Below, piece after piece: positions 1 through 12,300 of a stretch of 64,000 bases of DNA. Below the pieces are notes generated by a model. That model was not told the origin of the DNA and did no database searches. It was given only the letters and a program-made list of their open reading frames with translations. Within the stretch, counting starts at the first letter, position 1. Every line of letters starts with the position of its first letter. The translations under genes were made by a program, and so were the position numbers. Location of the stretch: contig JAKMXF010000133.1 in assembly GCA_024704765.1 (NCBI GenBank), positions 1 to 64,000 on the forward strand, read 5' to 3'. Source of the DNA: Oopsacas minuta (lineage: Eukaryota > Animalia > Porifera).

Positions 1-402
1 TCCTTCACTGCTATCCAGATTCTTCTACAATCACATCAAAATCCTTCACTGCTATCCACAAAGTCTACTCAAATACACTGTTTCCCCCCCTTGAGCAAAC
101 CGAGGCTAGATAATCATGGCAAAGCCCATAGTCTAACATCTTAACATCTTCTTAGCCAGTTCTATATACTCTCATCCACCCACAGCTTTATACAGATCCA
201 AAAATAGTACAATCAAATCAAAATCCTTCACTGCTATCCATTTGAATCATTTGGTTACTTCTATAATACGCAGAAGACACTCCATAACCTAGCTTTGAAT
301 CAAAACGCATCAATCCTTCACTGCTATCCAGATTCTTCTACAATCACATCAAAATCCTTCACTGCTATCCACAAAGTCTACTCAAATACACTGTTTCCCC
401 CC
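1..402. repeat. Complex direct repeat: ~88-bp block duplicated at a 313-bp spacing, with a 17-mer core present 5 times
   Basis: TCCTTCACTGCTATCCA at 1, 42, 224, 314 and 355; block 1-88 is nearly identical to 314-402; runs off the left edge of the window. Confidence 0.85.
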
Positions 403-689
403 AGCGGCAATGCTAGACACATAATCCTGTCAAAATTTATGCTCTACCATCTTGTTAGGCAGTTGTAGATTGTCTGATCCATTCACAGCCCTCAGATTCT
501 TCTCTTCGCCTTGCTTCAGCTTCCTGTCCTTCACTTAATTACTAGTCCAGGCCTACTCAAGTCAGACACATCATGGACTTCATTGCCCTGATCCATAAAT
601 CCATCCCTAGGCCGTAAATGTTCTCAGCTACATTCCAATAGAATTACAGCTTTCGGTACTTCAAATCGCTTTCCTCCACTGTCCATAGT

Positions 690-968
690 TGGTATACGAA
701 CATGTTCTTGTCTAAGAATTGCTGTTTACAAGAACTTGTTCTTACATAAGACATGCTGGTTCTAAGAACATGTTCTTAAACAAGACATCCCGGTTTTAAG
801 AACATGTTCTTGTATAACACATGCTGGTTATAAGAATATGTTCTTATAATATACTATCCTGGATATAAGACCATGTTCTTATGACCGGAATTTTGGTTAT
901 CTGAACTTTCTGGATATACGAACATTATTTCCAGTTCTCGGCGATGTTCTTATAACCGGCATTTACTG
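690..968 (-). mobile_element. Truncated MITE (pogo/Tc1-like CAGT terminus) with degenerate ~17-bp TTATAAGAACATGTTCT subrepeats
   Basis: Minus-strand terminus CAGTAAATGCCGGTTATAAGAACATCG; about 45 bp closely resemble the terminus at 52600-52649; no matching second TIR seen. Confidence 0.6.
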
Positions 969-1896
969 CACTACTCGTTTAATCTGTTATATGAATGTTT
1001 TGTAGTATAACTATTCCACCACCCTATGCATTATCAGCTCTATAATCTATAAAATATTCAAATAATATTTCTAAGCTCTTTACATTTATAAGAATCAATT
1101 AATGTACGCAATAATTGTATTTCCAATCATTTCTTTAGCATCTCCAATGTTTCTAGTTTCTGTTAGATAGGAATTTATATTTTGAAGGTCTGAGGTGATT
1201 GACCTATCGAGAGAATTCTGTTAAAAAATTGAGCAGAGGTGAGGGAAGAAATGGGAGAATTCTGTCAGAAAATCGAACAGAGGTGAGTTACGAATTGAGA
1301 AAAATCTTTAGATAATTGAGCAGAGGTTAGTGAAGAACTGAGAGTATGATTGTAGCACTATAATAGATAGAGAACAGGAGGGTAGAGGAGGGAAGAGATG
1401 TAACATCTGAGAGGGAAGTAGAAGAAATATTCAAAATCTAAAATATTGCTCATATTTATACTCTTTTCACTATTGCAAGTGTTGCAGTTGGTAACTAATG
1501 AAATAATATAGTCTATACTACACATGTTGTGGCACCTGCATCTCACTAACAAGTATATATACGATCAGAATTGAACATAATAATTACATCTTCTCTTCTC
1601 TTCTCTTCTCTTTTTTATTTTCTTCTTCCCCTCACAGCAAGTTACTAAGCAGCAGCCCTGATGGAATACTGAGTTATTCTATTATTTTTGCTATTTCTTA
1701 TACAAACTCTTGTCATAATATGGAAATTAGAGTAATAAGATAGAACCTATAGCTGTAGGGAATAGCTATTCGTTATTCTTATACTTTAATGAATTATTTG
1801 TAATATTTATACTGGCAGCGATAATAGAATTAGAATTATTAAGAATAGGTGTATAACAGTTCTTTTAAGTGATATTTTGCCTCAAATTAATAATTA

Positions 1897-2938
1897 TTAT
1901 TCTGGCCTGTCTGCTGCAACTTTTAGGAATTTGCTGAGCCTAGATTCGTAACAAACAACTTGCTTTGCTATTCGTTTCGTTTCTTTATCTGTATCAGAGA
2001 AGTATGTAGCGACGTAATCAGTTACATACGTCATTAGTTCTGCTAAATGCACTTCGTTACCGTAAGCCATATAGCACTCAAATAGTGCGTACATGAACCA
2101 GCTGCCCTTCTCAGTATTCCTCCAAGACACGTACCCAGGGACAGTAGAGTAAGCAATGAAGAAATCCAGCTCTGTCGGTACCAGCACGGCCTCTGCCTGT
2201 GAAGCACCGCTGAATAAATCCCGGATCCGTTCTATGAGCCTAATAGCTATAAATAAACATAAAATAACATTAGACATCTAATCTTTGAATACAACCTTGC
2301 TCGCCTGCTCCATTTCCATCTGTCTCATTCTCAGGTAATTTCAAACAAAAGTCCTTCTCTCCTCCCCGACAGGCCTGCAGGAAGAATACTTTAGGTTTAC
2401 CGCACAAAGAAGGACACCGAGCCCCGTTAAAAGGAGATAAGACTGAAGACTCTATCGAGACAGGAACACCATCGGTACCAATAAGGGTTCCCCTGTCTCC
2501 GTGAGTTGATACCGCCAAGAATAAACAGTCATAACAAGACAGATCTCTGTCTGAATATTTTGCTATTGAATGTTTCATTTCTGGTCCAGACAGGTTAGAA
2601 TAAGTCTCTACCCTCAAACCTAATTATATAACAATAAACAAACAAACAAGTAAACAAACACAAATATATTTACCCATTTTATGGAAGAGTCTAGACATAT
2701 TATCGATATCAGCTGACGCGGCGTTCCTCCGTCTGAAGGGCGATACGAAATTTACATTACATATCACGATACCCAATCCTCTGTCACCTAGTTTCCTGAT
2801 TGGGTAATTTCCTGGAGGAGATAGTTGGGGGGTTATTTTTGCAGAGGCGCCATCTGTCTTCTCGTCAGCGGATTGATCAGCTGTTAGATTTGCGTCTGAG
2901 CTAATTTCTTGTAGAGAATGTCCGTCTTCAATATTCAT
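1897..2938 (-). CDS. Caspase (peptidase C14), short prodomain, effector-like; 3 exons
   Basis: p20 with STHG and LQACRG catalytic motifs; ETDG linker; p10 with DFFIAYSTVPGYVSWRNTEKGSWF and KQVVCYESRL; exons joined across GT-AG introns at ~2606-2672 and ~2249-2295. Confidence 0.93.
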
Positions 2939-3052
2939 ACAAATATTCCTAATTTAATTAACAAAAGAATATAAATTTGAATCTCCAAAAATTTCTGAAA
3001 ACTCAAAAACGAATAAAGCAAAAATTCTAATTCCATTCTGTACAAACTATTT

Positions 3053-5132
3053 CTACACTTTAGATTGGCGCCTAAATTTCTTGGCCAGAGTCAGCTCTCT
3101 GTTAATAATCAGCTGTAATCTCCCGTCATAATCATAATCACTGAATTTATCCCGCGCTGTGTGCAAGTAACCAATTGATAGGTTTGCGTCTTTGCGGTGA
3201 ATTCGAGCTAAAACTGATAATTCAATGTTTGCACACACCAAAATGTGTTTCTCATTCTTCAGGGCTTTAACTCCAGAGCTTAAAATCTATATAGCAAATT
3301 TAAAGAATGTGTTACAAACTGAAACTAATTTAATTAGTAACTCACCGCATTAAAACTCTCTTCTGCTTCGTTAGGACATCCCATGTGTTTGAGAACACTC
3401 CCTTGGGTGAGGAGGCCCAGACACCTGGCTAGAGGATCGGTGGCAGAGGCTACACATGACTGAGCATTCTCTAAATTGATTGCTAGGGTAACAGGAGTAC
3501 AGAACAAATATGCATTTGAGATATATAATTGTTCCAATAAAGCTGCGTGCATTCCTACATAAGTAACACCTTGCTTTGTGTAATAACTGCAGCGACGCAT
3601 AGAGAACTTCTCTATAGGGTGTTGCCGCCTAGTCCCCTGCTTGGCTCCGTTCTCAAATAATTTTAGAGCCTCCCTCGCGTCGGACAGATACCCAGTCAGC
3701 AGACCTAACAGATACATATATGTAGATTGGAATTTAGTTCCAGTTTCTAAGATAGTTCCAATTTCTTTGAGAGCTAACTCGTAGTCATTACGAGCCATAG
3801 CTATGTAAGCTTTCTCCTGACAAGTTATTTGTAACATCTCACGCGGGAAGAAGCTTCCATCTCTGCACAGCTGATACTCCTGCATAGCTGTATCCACATC
3901 TCTACACACGTAAACAAATAAACAAATAAACAAACAAACAAACATAATATTTACCTAGAGAGCAGAGCGATACGTCCGGAGAAATATTTAGCTAGCGGTG
4001 AGTTAGGACTAACAGCTGTGAGGTGAGAAAGGACAGATTTAGATTCCTCCAGCTGATTGGAGTCTTCAGGGGACTGACTCATGGATATGTAGGGGACTAG
4101 CAGTGTCTGAAACCTAAGTAACATTTATAGTTACAGTTCCAATTAATGATCCGAATTAGTAACTAACCAAAGCAAATTAATAGCTGCAATAGGTTCTCTC
4201 ATGTCAACACCTGTCAAACCATAATGCAAACATTCCAAAGCAAATCTTCTATCTCCTTGGAAACCAAGCAGGTTAGCAAGCTTCAGGAATTTCTGAGGAA
4301 TTAAGGAGAGCATCAAATGGAAGGTTCCATAACCGGCGTAGACAGCTCTCCTGATCCTGTTCTCATCAGAAGGTGTTAGTTCCAGATCCACTAGTCCTGT
4401 AGGAGAGCAAGGATCTGAATCCTCGGAGAGGAGAGATTTGATTGGTTCAGAATCCTCAGCGATATCATCTTCAGTATCTAATATAATATTTGTAATCAGC
4501 TGATTATAGATTTATAAATATCTAACCTGTGAATGGCGGGTTTATTGGTGGAGGAGATGTAAACAACTTTTCACACTTCTTGTATGTTTTGGAATAAGAC
4601 TTCCAAGCCTTTCTGATCCCCAAGCCTCCCTTTATGTATCCTGTCATAGTTTCCTTAGTGAAGTGAAGGAATGCTTGGAATAACTCACAATCACTTTGCA
4701 TAACTTTATAATAAATACGGCGGCCAGATCCCTTAGGAATACCTAAAAATAGAAATTAGTTTCAGTTCCTAATTTAGAATTATTATTCGTACCTTTACGG
4801 TACTGGTGACAATGTGTCGCTGCAGCCTCTAACACCCTGTAAGCTTCGTCCTGCTGGGTCTCATTAAAGGAGAGCATGGACCGTACAAACATGACAAATG
4901 AGTACCCGTAGTGGATCAGGGGGGACGCTCCTCTCCGCATTCCTTCCCGGAAATGCTCCATAGCAACGTCAGGATCTGTTAGGAATGTAATCATTCCATC
5001 TCTAGCATAACTCTCCTCCTCTTCGTAGCTCATCGGTGATTGGCCAGCTTCTGATAATTTAGTTGTTTCGGTACATTCCAAGGAACCTGAATGATTGACA
5101 GAATCTGAACTGACACCTTTTTCATCTGCCAT
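3053..5132 (-). CDS. TTC39: TTC39 / IML2-family TPR protein, multi-exon
   Basis: YAGYGTFHLMLSLIPQKFLKLANLLGFQGDR and C-terminal ARDKFSDYDYDGRLQLII motifs typical of TTC39; ORF fragments 4743-5150, 4143-4391, 3334-3945 and 3053-3241 are collinear. Confidence 0.85.
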
Positions 5133-5392
5133 TCTATTTACAGCTAACAAAAGAATGTTTCAATTCAGTAATTATCTAATTTGTATAGCTCAATAGATTA
5201 ACCTATAATGTATGTGTATAAATATACGAATATAACTTAGGTTAGTTTCAGTTCTGGTTTGGCATATTATGGCTTCTAACAAGAATTCACTCAACCAGTA
5301 AGTTACACACACCTGTAAATAATAATAAGAATTATTGTTATTATTATTTGTTGTTGTTGCTGTTGTTTAGTTATTTGTATGTACCTACTAAC

Positions 5393-8118
5393 ATGGCTAA
5401 CGGACTAAGGACAGGGACAGGATCACCCCCAGACTCTCCGGAGTTCTTCACACCTATGAGCACCCCCGAGCCAGTCTTCAAGGTGTGATATTATTCATAT
5501 ATTACATTTCTTGATAGTCTATTTATGCATTGTTTATAGTTTTCTAAGAATAAACCATTTTCTGAGTCAGACGTCAATACTCGACCATCCAAGCTCCATC
5601 TCACTCCCGACACAATTGTGCCACATATAGTGACACAAGCGCCATCTCCTTGCTCTCCTGAACAGATACAAACCCCACAAATATTTCCTTCCAGGACCAA
5701 CTCAATTGACTCATCCGATCTAACATCTGTCAAGGTTTGTTTATATATTTGTTATTGTTAATCTCTTATTTAAAATTCCTTCTAGCTAATAAAGGGCCTA
5801 TCCATTACACCAGAGCCCTACCGGAAGCTCGTGCATCCCTCGGAGACCCCGATACGGTCCAGGATTCCCTCTACGACTGAACTCTCTCGCTCCTGTGAGA
5901 ACTTAAAGTCATCCACTCTTAATCGCCGTCACTTATTGACTAGACACGAGACGAAGGAGACATCACACATAGACGTGTGTGATTCAGAGGTGTTAGAATT
6001 ATTCAAATTTGTTATTATTTGTTTATTATTTGTTTATTATTTGTTTATTTAGGATGAGTATTTGGTCAATCAATATGTAATCAAGGAAGATATTGGAAGG
6101 GTATTTATTGGTTTATTAGTTTATTGGTTTATTTGTTTATTTGTTTGTTTGTTTGTTTATTTGTTTATTTGTTTATTGGTTTATTTGTTTACTTGTTTGT
6201 TTGTTTATTTGTTTACTAATTACGTTTTTAGGGTGCATATGGACAAGTTAAGAAAGTTTTTGACAAACAAACACATGAATTCAAAGTTTGTTACTAAATA
6301 GTTTGTTTTCTAATTTATTTGATATTTGTGTATATTAGGCAATGAAAATTATTTCTAAGCGATTACTCAAAAGGAAAGCATTCCGTAAGTTACCTCCAGT
6401 AACTAAGCTTTACTCTAGTTCCCATTGGTTGATAATTCTATTTTTAGAACGGCGGGGGTTCAGCAGAGGATCGCGCGCCTCTCAGAGTAGCATGGACGAG
6501 GACCAGGGGATCAGGAAAGAGATAGCGGTCCAAAAAAAGTTAGACCATCCATGTATTGTCAGTCTTTATGAGGTCCTTGATGACGAGATGAAAAACGAAA
6601 TGTATCTAGGTTAGTTGTTTATTTGTTTGTTTGTTTATTTATTTATTGTTTGTTTGTTTATTTATTTATTTGTTTGTTTGTTAGTTCTGGAGTATCTGGA
6701 GAGAGGAATGGTGATGGAGGTCGGGAAGAGCGGTCCGATATCTGAGGACAAGTGTCACAAATATTTTGTTGACATGTTACTCGGAGTAGAATATTGTTAG
6801 TATACACAAACAGATAAACAACTTTATTTGTTGTTTTTATTATTTGTTTACATTTAGTACACTATCAGAATATTATACACAGAGATATAAAACCAGAGAA
6901 TTTATTGCTTGACGACCACGGACGTCTTAAGGTATGTATGTCCTGTTTGTAATTTTGTTGTTTATAATTCTATAAATAGATTGCAGACTTTGGAGAGAGT
7001 GAGGACCTGTCAACTGATCACCATGGGGACCAATCTTCTCACAAGAATGTAGGTACACCAGCCTTCTACGCGCCAGAATTAACCATAGCATCTACACACG
7101 TAACTAAGGTCTGTGATTCTACATTTCCTTAATACTGATTATTTAATAGTGTATTATAGAGTGTTGATGTGTGGGCTATGGGAGTAACACTATACTGTAT
7201 GTTATATGATCAGCTGCCATTTGAGGGGTCTACCAGACAGGAAATATATTCAAATATACAGACACAAGAGTAAGTGTTTGTTTGTTTGTTTGTTTTGTTA
7301 ATATATCATTCCCTTTTTATATATTTATTTATTTTAGAGTAACATTTCCAGATAAGTGAGTTATTATACTAAGCATATTTTACATGTTTATCGTTGCTAT
7401 GGTAGAATTATTACGTCACCTGACGTCAGAAATCTGATGAGTTTGTTACTGGACAAATCAGCTGACTCAAGAATTTCCTTAGATGGTGTCAGGGTTAGTT
7501 CCTATTAATACTGGAACTAACTACAATTAGATATATATCTCTAATAAGAACCATCCTCTGGTAAACAGGAACTAATTAGCGATAATTTAATTCTTATAGA
7601 ATCATGTGTGGACGTGTAGAGCTGGTCCTTTGGTGTCAAAGGAGGAGAACTGCTCTGAGTATATAGAGGTGACAGAGGAGGAGGTAGATGGCGCAATCAA
7701 GAGTTGTAGTACAATGTTTGCTGCTCTCGTAAGTATAATAATATGTAAATACAGTTAATACCGAAGTATGTATCACACATTCCTTACTGTATTTGTGTTG
7801 CTAGGTTATTGTCAAGATGATGTTACAGAAGAAATCATTTAGAGTTCCAATTTTGGCCAAAAAATTACGTGACAGATCAGCTACAGATGCTTCGTTAGTT
7901 TACTCGCTTAACTTTTGATTTCTAATTATATTGTATCCCTCCTTAGTGACAAATTAGACTCATCGGAATGTTTATCAGATCCAAAACTAACCAATCAAAT
8001 CTCTGACATGTTTACCTATCCGGATTCAGGCTTACCCAAGTCAGGCGCCAAATCTTTGAGGCGCCAATCCAGTGTAGACTCTCCCCTCGGAGATCCCTGC
8101 CTGAGTACTGAATTATAA
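5393..8118 (+). CDS. CAMKK: Ca2+/calmodulin-dependent protein kinase kinase, many small exons
   Basis: NQYVIKEDIGRG-YGQVK, AMKIISK, KEIAVQKKLDHP, HRDIKPENLLL, IADFG, VGTPAFYAPE, VDVWAMGVTLYC, and a CaM-binding-like VIVKMMLQKKSF tail; exons at 5393-5480 and 5549-5732 read in frame; 3' end approximate. Confidence 0.88.
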
Positions 8119-8248
8119 TTTGTTATTAATGTATGCAAATATTCAAGTTCTATATTTAGAGATTATGACGTCACTAGCTGTACACATTAACCTATCTAAT
8201 ATACAAATAAAATCAGCTGTTTAAACCATAAAAATACACAAATCAAAT

Positions 8249-9298
8249 TCAGGAGTTTGAAGTGCTAGATTCTAGTATTTCTGTGTCAGAATCGGCGCCT
8301 TCAATTCTGAAATTTTCATTACTTTTAACACAGAAATTCGCGTAAGCGTCAAAAGATTCCAAATAGCAGAAAACGAAATTATAACACATTTCGTATTGTT
8401 CCTATAAACAACAACAAAATTATAAATATTTGTTTATTTTTGTTTTTATTATTTCTTACTTTATTGTCAACAAGCATTGGTCTCTGAATCCGCGCCTTTT
8501 TTAGAATCTGGAACACATCCACTAAATGTTCCGGTTTGAGTTTCTCAAGAACTGAGAACATGGTCAGGAATGTTCCTGTCCTCCCAACACCATCTCTATA
8601 ATGACGTCATAAATACAAACAGCTGATTATTGTAAAAATTGAACTTACTCGCAATGTACGGTTATGGGAGGATTCTGATTGGCTGCTTGTAGTCTCTCCA
8701 CCGCGTCAATTATTGTCAAGAAAGGTGTTAGATTTTCCGCTAAATTAGAGTTTGGCCATTCTTCCAGACACAACTGTGTCACTTTCCTCTCAGCTGTAAC
8801 CTGCCAATATATATGATTAATCATATTTAACACCTTTCAGTATTTATTACTTACAGTAGAGCCTATGTATTTGTTATGGAATGAGAATACTACCAGTAAT
8901 CTCCTCCTAAGAAATCCCTCCTCTCTCCTCTCCTCTAAATTCTTAATTGTATATAATTGGAACTTCACCTCCTCACCTTTATCAGGCCAGTACTTGTAAC
9001 ACATTTCCTACACACGATCTCATTGGTTAAATATTATTATTTTAGTTCTAAAATTAGCTACAAATGTCTGGAAACGATCAAAAGGCTTTAGACAAATCTA
9101 CGCGCCAAATATGCTACGAAGCTAGAGATGCATTTTTTAAATGCCTGGATGGTAACCATGGTAACACACAAGAATGTGAAAAACTAGAGGCTACATTCCT
9201 TAGCTCATGTCCTGCTGCTTGGACGAAACATTTCAATGAGAAGCGTGTTTATGAACAGAAGAAAGCTGAATTAGAGAAGATAGGATACAAAAAAATGA

Positions 9299-9347
<49 letters not shown>

Positions 9348-12300
9348 GCATTTACATTTCCGTTTTCAATCAGGTTACATAACATCACAATAACAGCTGA
9401 TTCCTTCTCATAAACCATCCGCCAGAACTCTCCTACCGTCTCTGAGCTAGGACTCTGTGTAGCTATGTACGCCCGCTTTTGCTTGTACCCCTATAAATAG
9501 CTATAAATAGAACTACAGAGACACTCGTCACTTCACTGTAATTTCTCTAATTAGATTAACTTACGTCCACAAAGCTAGCGTTAATATAATCAGTGCCGTC
9601 TCCGCTGGGAGTTATCCTAACTCTATAATCGTCATCTAGGAATGATACTATTAATAGAATTCTGTAATTCTTGGGCTATTAATAACTTACAAGGAATTCT
9701 CTTTGTAAATCTGTTTTTATTTTTGTTTTCTTCCAACATTCCATACGCACAGCATTCGTCGTTAGGTTGTCTACTGTACTCACTCAGTACCTATAGATAT
9801 AGTAATATCTACCCTAGTTACGCAAATTACACATAGGAATGCTTACAAGGAACTGTTTAGAGAAGGTACACATCTGTTCCCCTCTGTACATATCTCCTGA
9901 CATCTCTCTGTAGCTGTTTATCGTAGCGATAGCAAGGTCAGATGGAATGCTGGTATCCCCGCTAGTTACCAGCTCTACCAGCGCGTCATAAATGAACACG
10001 AATTGTTCCTAAATTAATACATATTTGTTTACTGAACTAAAGGTGTTATATTATTAATAACTCACCTCTGTCTGTACCATATAATTCCTCTTTGATCTCA
10101 TCAGTCTTACAAATTCATAAACATTGACATTATTCTCCAAAATTATTCTCTGTAGCATTGAATTCAGAGTTATGTATGTTCCTGTCCTGCCAACGCCAGC
10201 ACTATAATGGAATGTTATTATTACCAGTTCGTAGGTGTTAGAATATGAATATACCTGCAGTGTACCACATGAGGTCCACCTGTATCTGTCAGTTGGTTCC
10301 TGTTTACTCCTCGAATAAAGGCGATTAGACTAGTGGCGAATTGTGGCACTCCGTGGTCTGGCCAGACAGTAAAGTGAAATTGTTTTACTTCCAAAATATT
10401 ATCGTTTGTAGTCTAATAATTTAATTATAGAATTTTATGCTAGCAACCAAATACATACTCAGGAATTCTCGGATATTACACAGTAAGTTTAATAATTCTA
10501 TTATTAGTAACATTTCCTTATAATTTACTTTAGAAATGACAACTTACACAACTGAGGCTAGAGGATCAGAATTCACTTTAGAATTCAGGAAATATTTCAA
10601 GAATTCTGAGGGACAAATACTGTCAGCTATGCACGACATTCCTCTCCTATCCAGTAAGGAACCTCCTATCTATAATATGGTAGTAGAGGTACCCAGATGG
10701 TCAAACGCTAAAATGGAATTATCCACCAAGGAACCTCTAGCTCCCATCAAGCAGGATATCAAGAAAGGGAAGCTCAGGTATTCTGATTAATCATATTCTA
10801 ACACCTTAACCTATAATTCATTCTCTAATTTGATTCGTCAATAGATTCGTAAACAATTGTTTTCCTTATCACGGATATCTCTGGAATTATGGCGCCTTCC
10901 CTCAGACCTGGGAGGATCCGGGACACGTGGACCCCAGGACCAATGCTAAGGGGGACAATGATCCTCTAGATGTGTGTGAGATAGGAAGCAAGATAGCTGT
11001 TATCGGGGAAGTTAAACAGGTAAGTAATCAGCTGATTATTCTGTTCTATTTATAGAATTCTGTTAGGTTAAGATCCTCGGGGGTCTAGCTATGATAGACG
11101 AGGGAGAGACCGATTGGAAGATTATTGCTTGTGACGTCACTGATCCTCTGGCGGCAGAGCTTAATGATATTGATGACGTCAATAAACTAATGCCAGGATT
11201 ACTAAATCATACTTACAGATGGTTCCAGATCTATAAAGTTAGTTCCACTTATTCACACCTTATTTTATATATTAACTGTCCCATGTTTAGATTCCTACAG
11301 GAAAACCTCCCAGTCAGTTCGGTTTAGAAGGAAAGTTTCAATCAGCTGATTTTGCTAGAAAAGTGGCAGAGGAAACTCACCAGCAATGGAAGCGTTTGAT
11401 TGGTGGAGAAGTGGCAGGAAATGGCGGGCTAGATATTAGTAACACCTCCGTACAAGGATCAGCTGGGCTAATAAGCCAATCAGAAGCTAGCTCTCATCTA
11501 GCCGGACAGCTTCCAGCTGGCCCTCCTGCTCCCCTCCCAGAGACAACTAAGCTTGTAGATTTTGTTAAGGACTTATGAGCTTAGTGATTGTTACATATTT
11601 AGAACATTCCTTAGTTACATTTATGTATCTAATGTATTTATGTGTTAATTAGCTATGAAACGATTGGTTAGAAATATTAGAAATTATTCACACCCTTCTA
11701 GCCAATCAGCTGACGAGGTTGTGGAGGGTAAGATCCTTGGATGGCATCGATCAGCTGATTCGGACCTGTCGCCTAGGATTAAAGTAGAGGGTAACAAGCG
11801 GGTGGGTCTGGTTGCTATGAAGATAGGAATGTCAAGAATGTGGGATAAATATAGCGGAGAAGGAATTGGCTGTACTGTCCTACAGGTAAGTTCATTGATA
11901 TAATTCTGATATATGAATTGATGGTTGATAACAGCTCTTTAGGTGTTAGATAACCACGTTATTCAGGTACGGGCTCTTAAGGACGCCGGCTACATAGGAC
12001 TACTGGTAGGGGCAGGAGACAAGCCATGGCCCAGGCGTCCCAGAGAGAAAGCTATGTTAGATAGTAGGGCTTGGAAACAACAAGAGAAAAGAGAGCAGAT
12101 GGTCAAGAAGTGTCGCTCTGCTGGTGTGCCATTCAAGCAACACATTTGCAAATTCCGTGTTACTCTAGAGGGCCTGCTTCCAGCTGGCACCCCTCTGGAT
12201 GTGTCGCATCTCAGAGTTGGACAGTTTGTAGATGTGTTTGGATTCACTAAGGACAAAGGCTTCCAGGGGGTAATGAAGAGATGGGGCTTCCATGGAATGC

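Noticed and set aside
1-402. CRISPR-like array (17-bp repeat with variable spacers)
   Set aside because: The context is eukaryotic, spacings are irregular (41, 182, 90, 41), spacers are themselves duplicated, and there are no cas genes
5491-5733. Minus-strand 80-aa ORF
   Set aside because: It is the antisense of a plus-strand CAMKK exon (5549-5732) that has proper splice sites
6062-6301. Hydrophobic FVCLFVYL-type ORFs (also at 16663, 48766, 56267)
   Set aside because: Translations of intronic (TTTG/TTTA)n tracts, not transmembrane proteins
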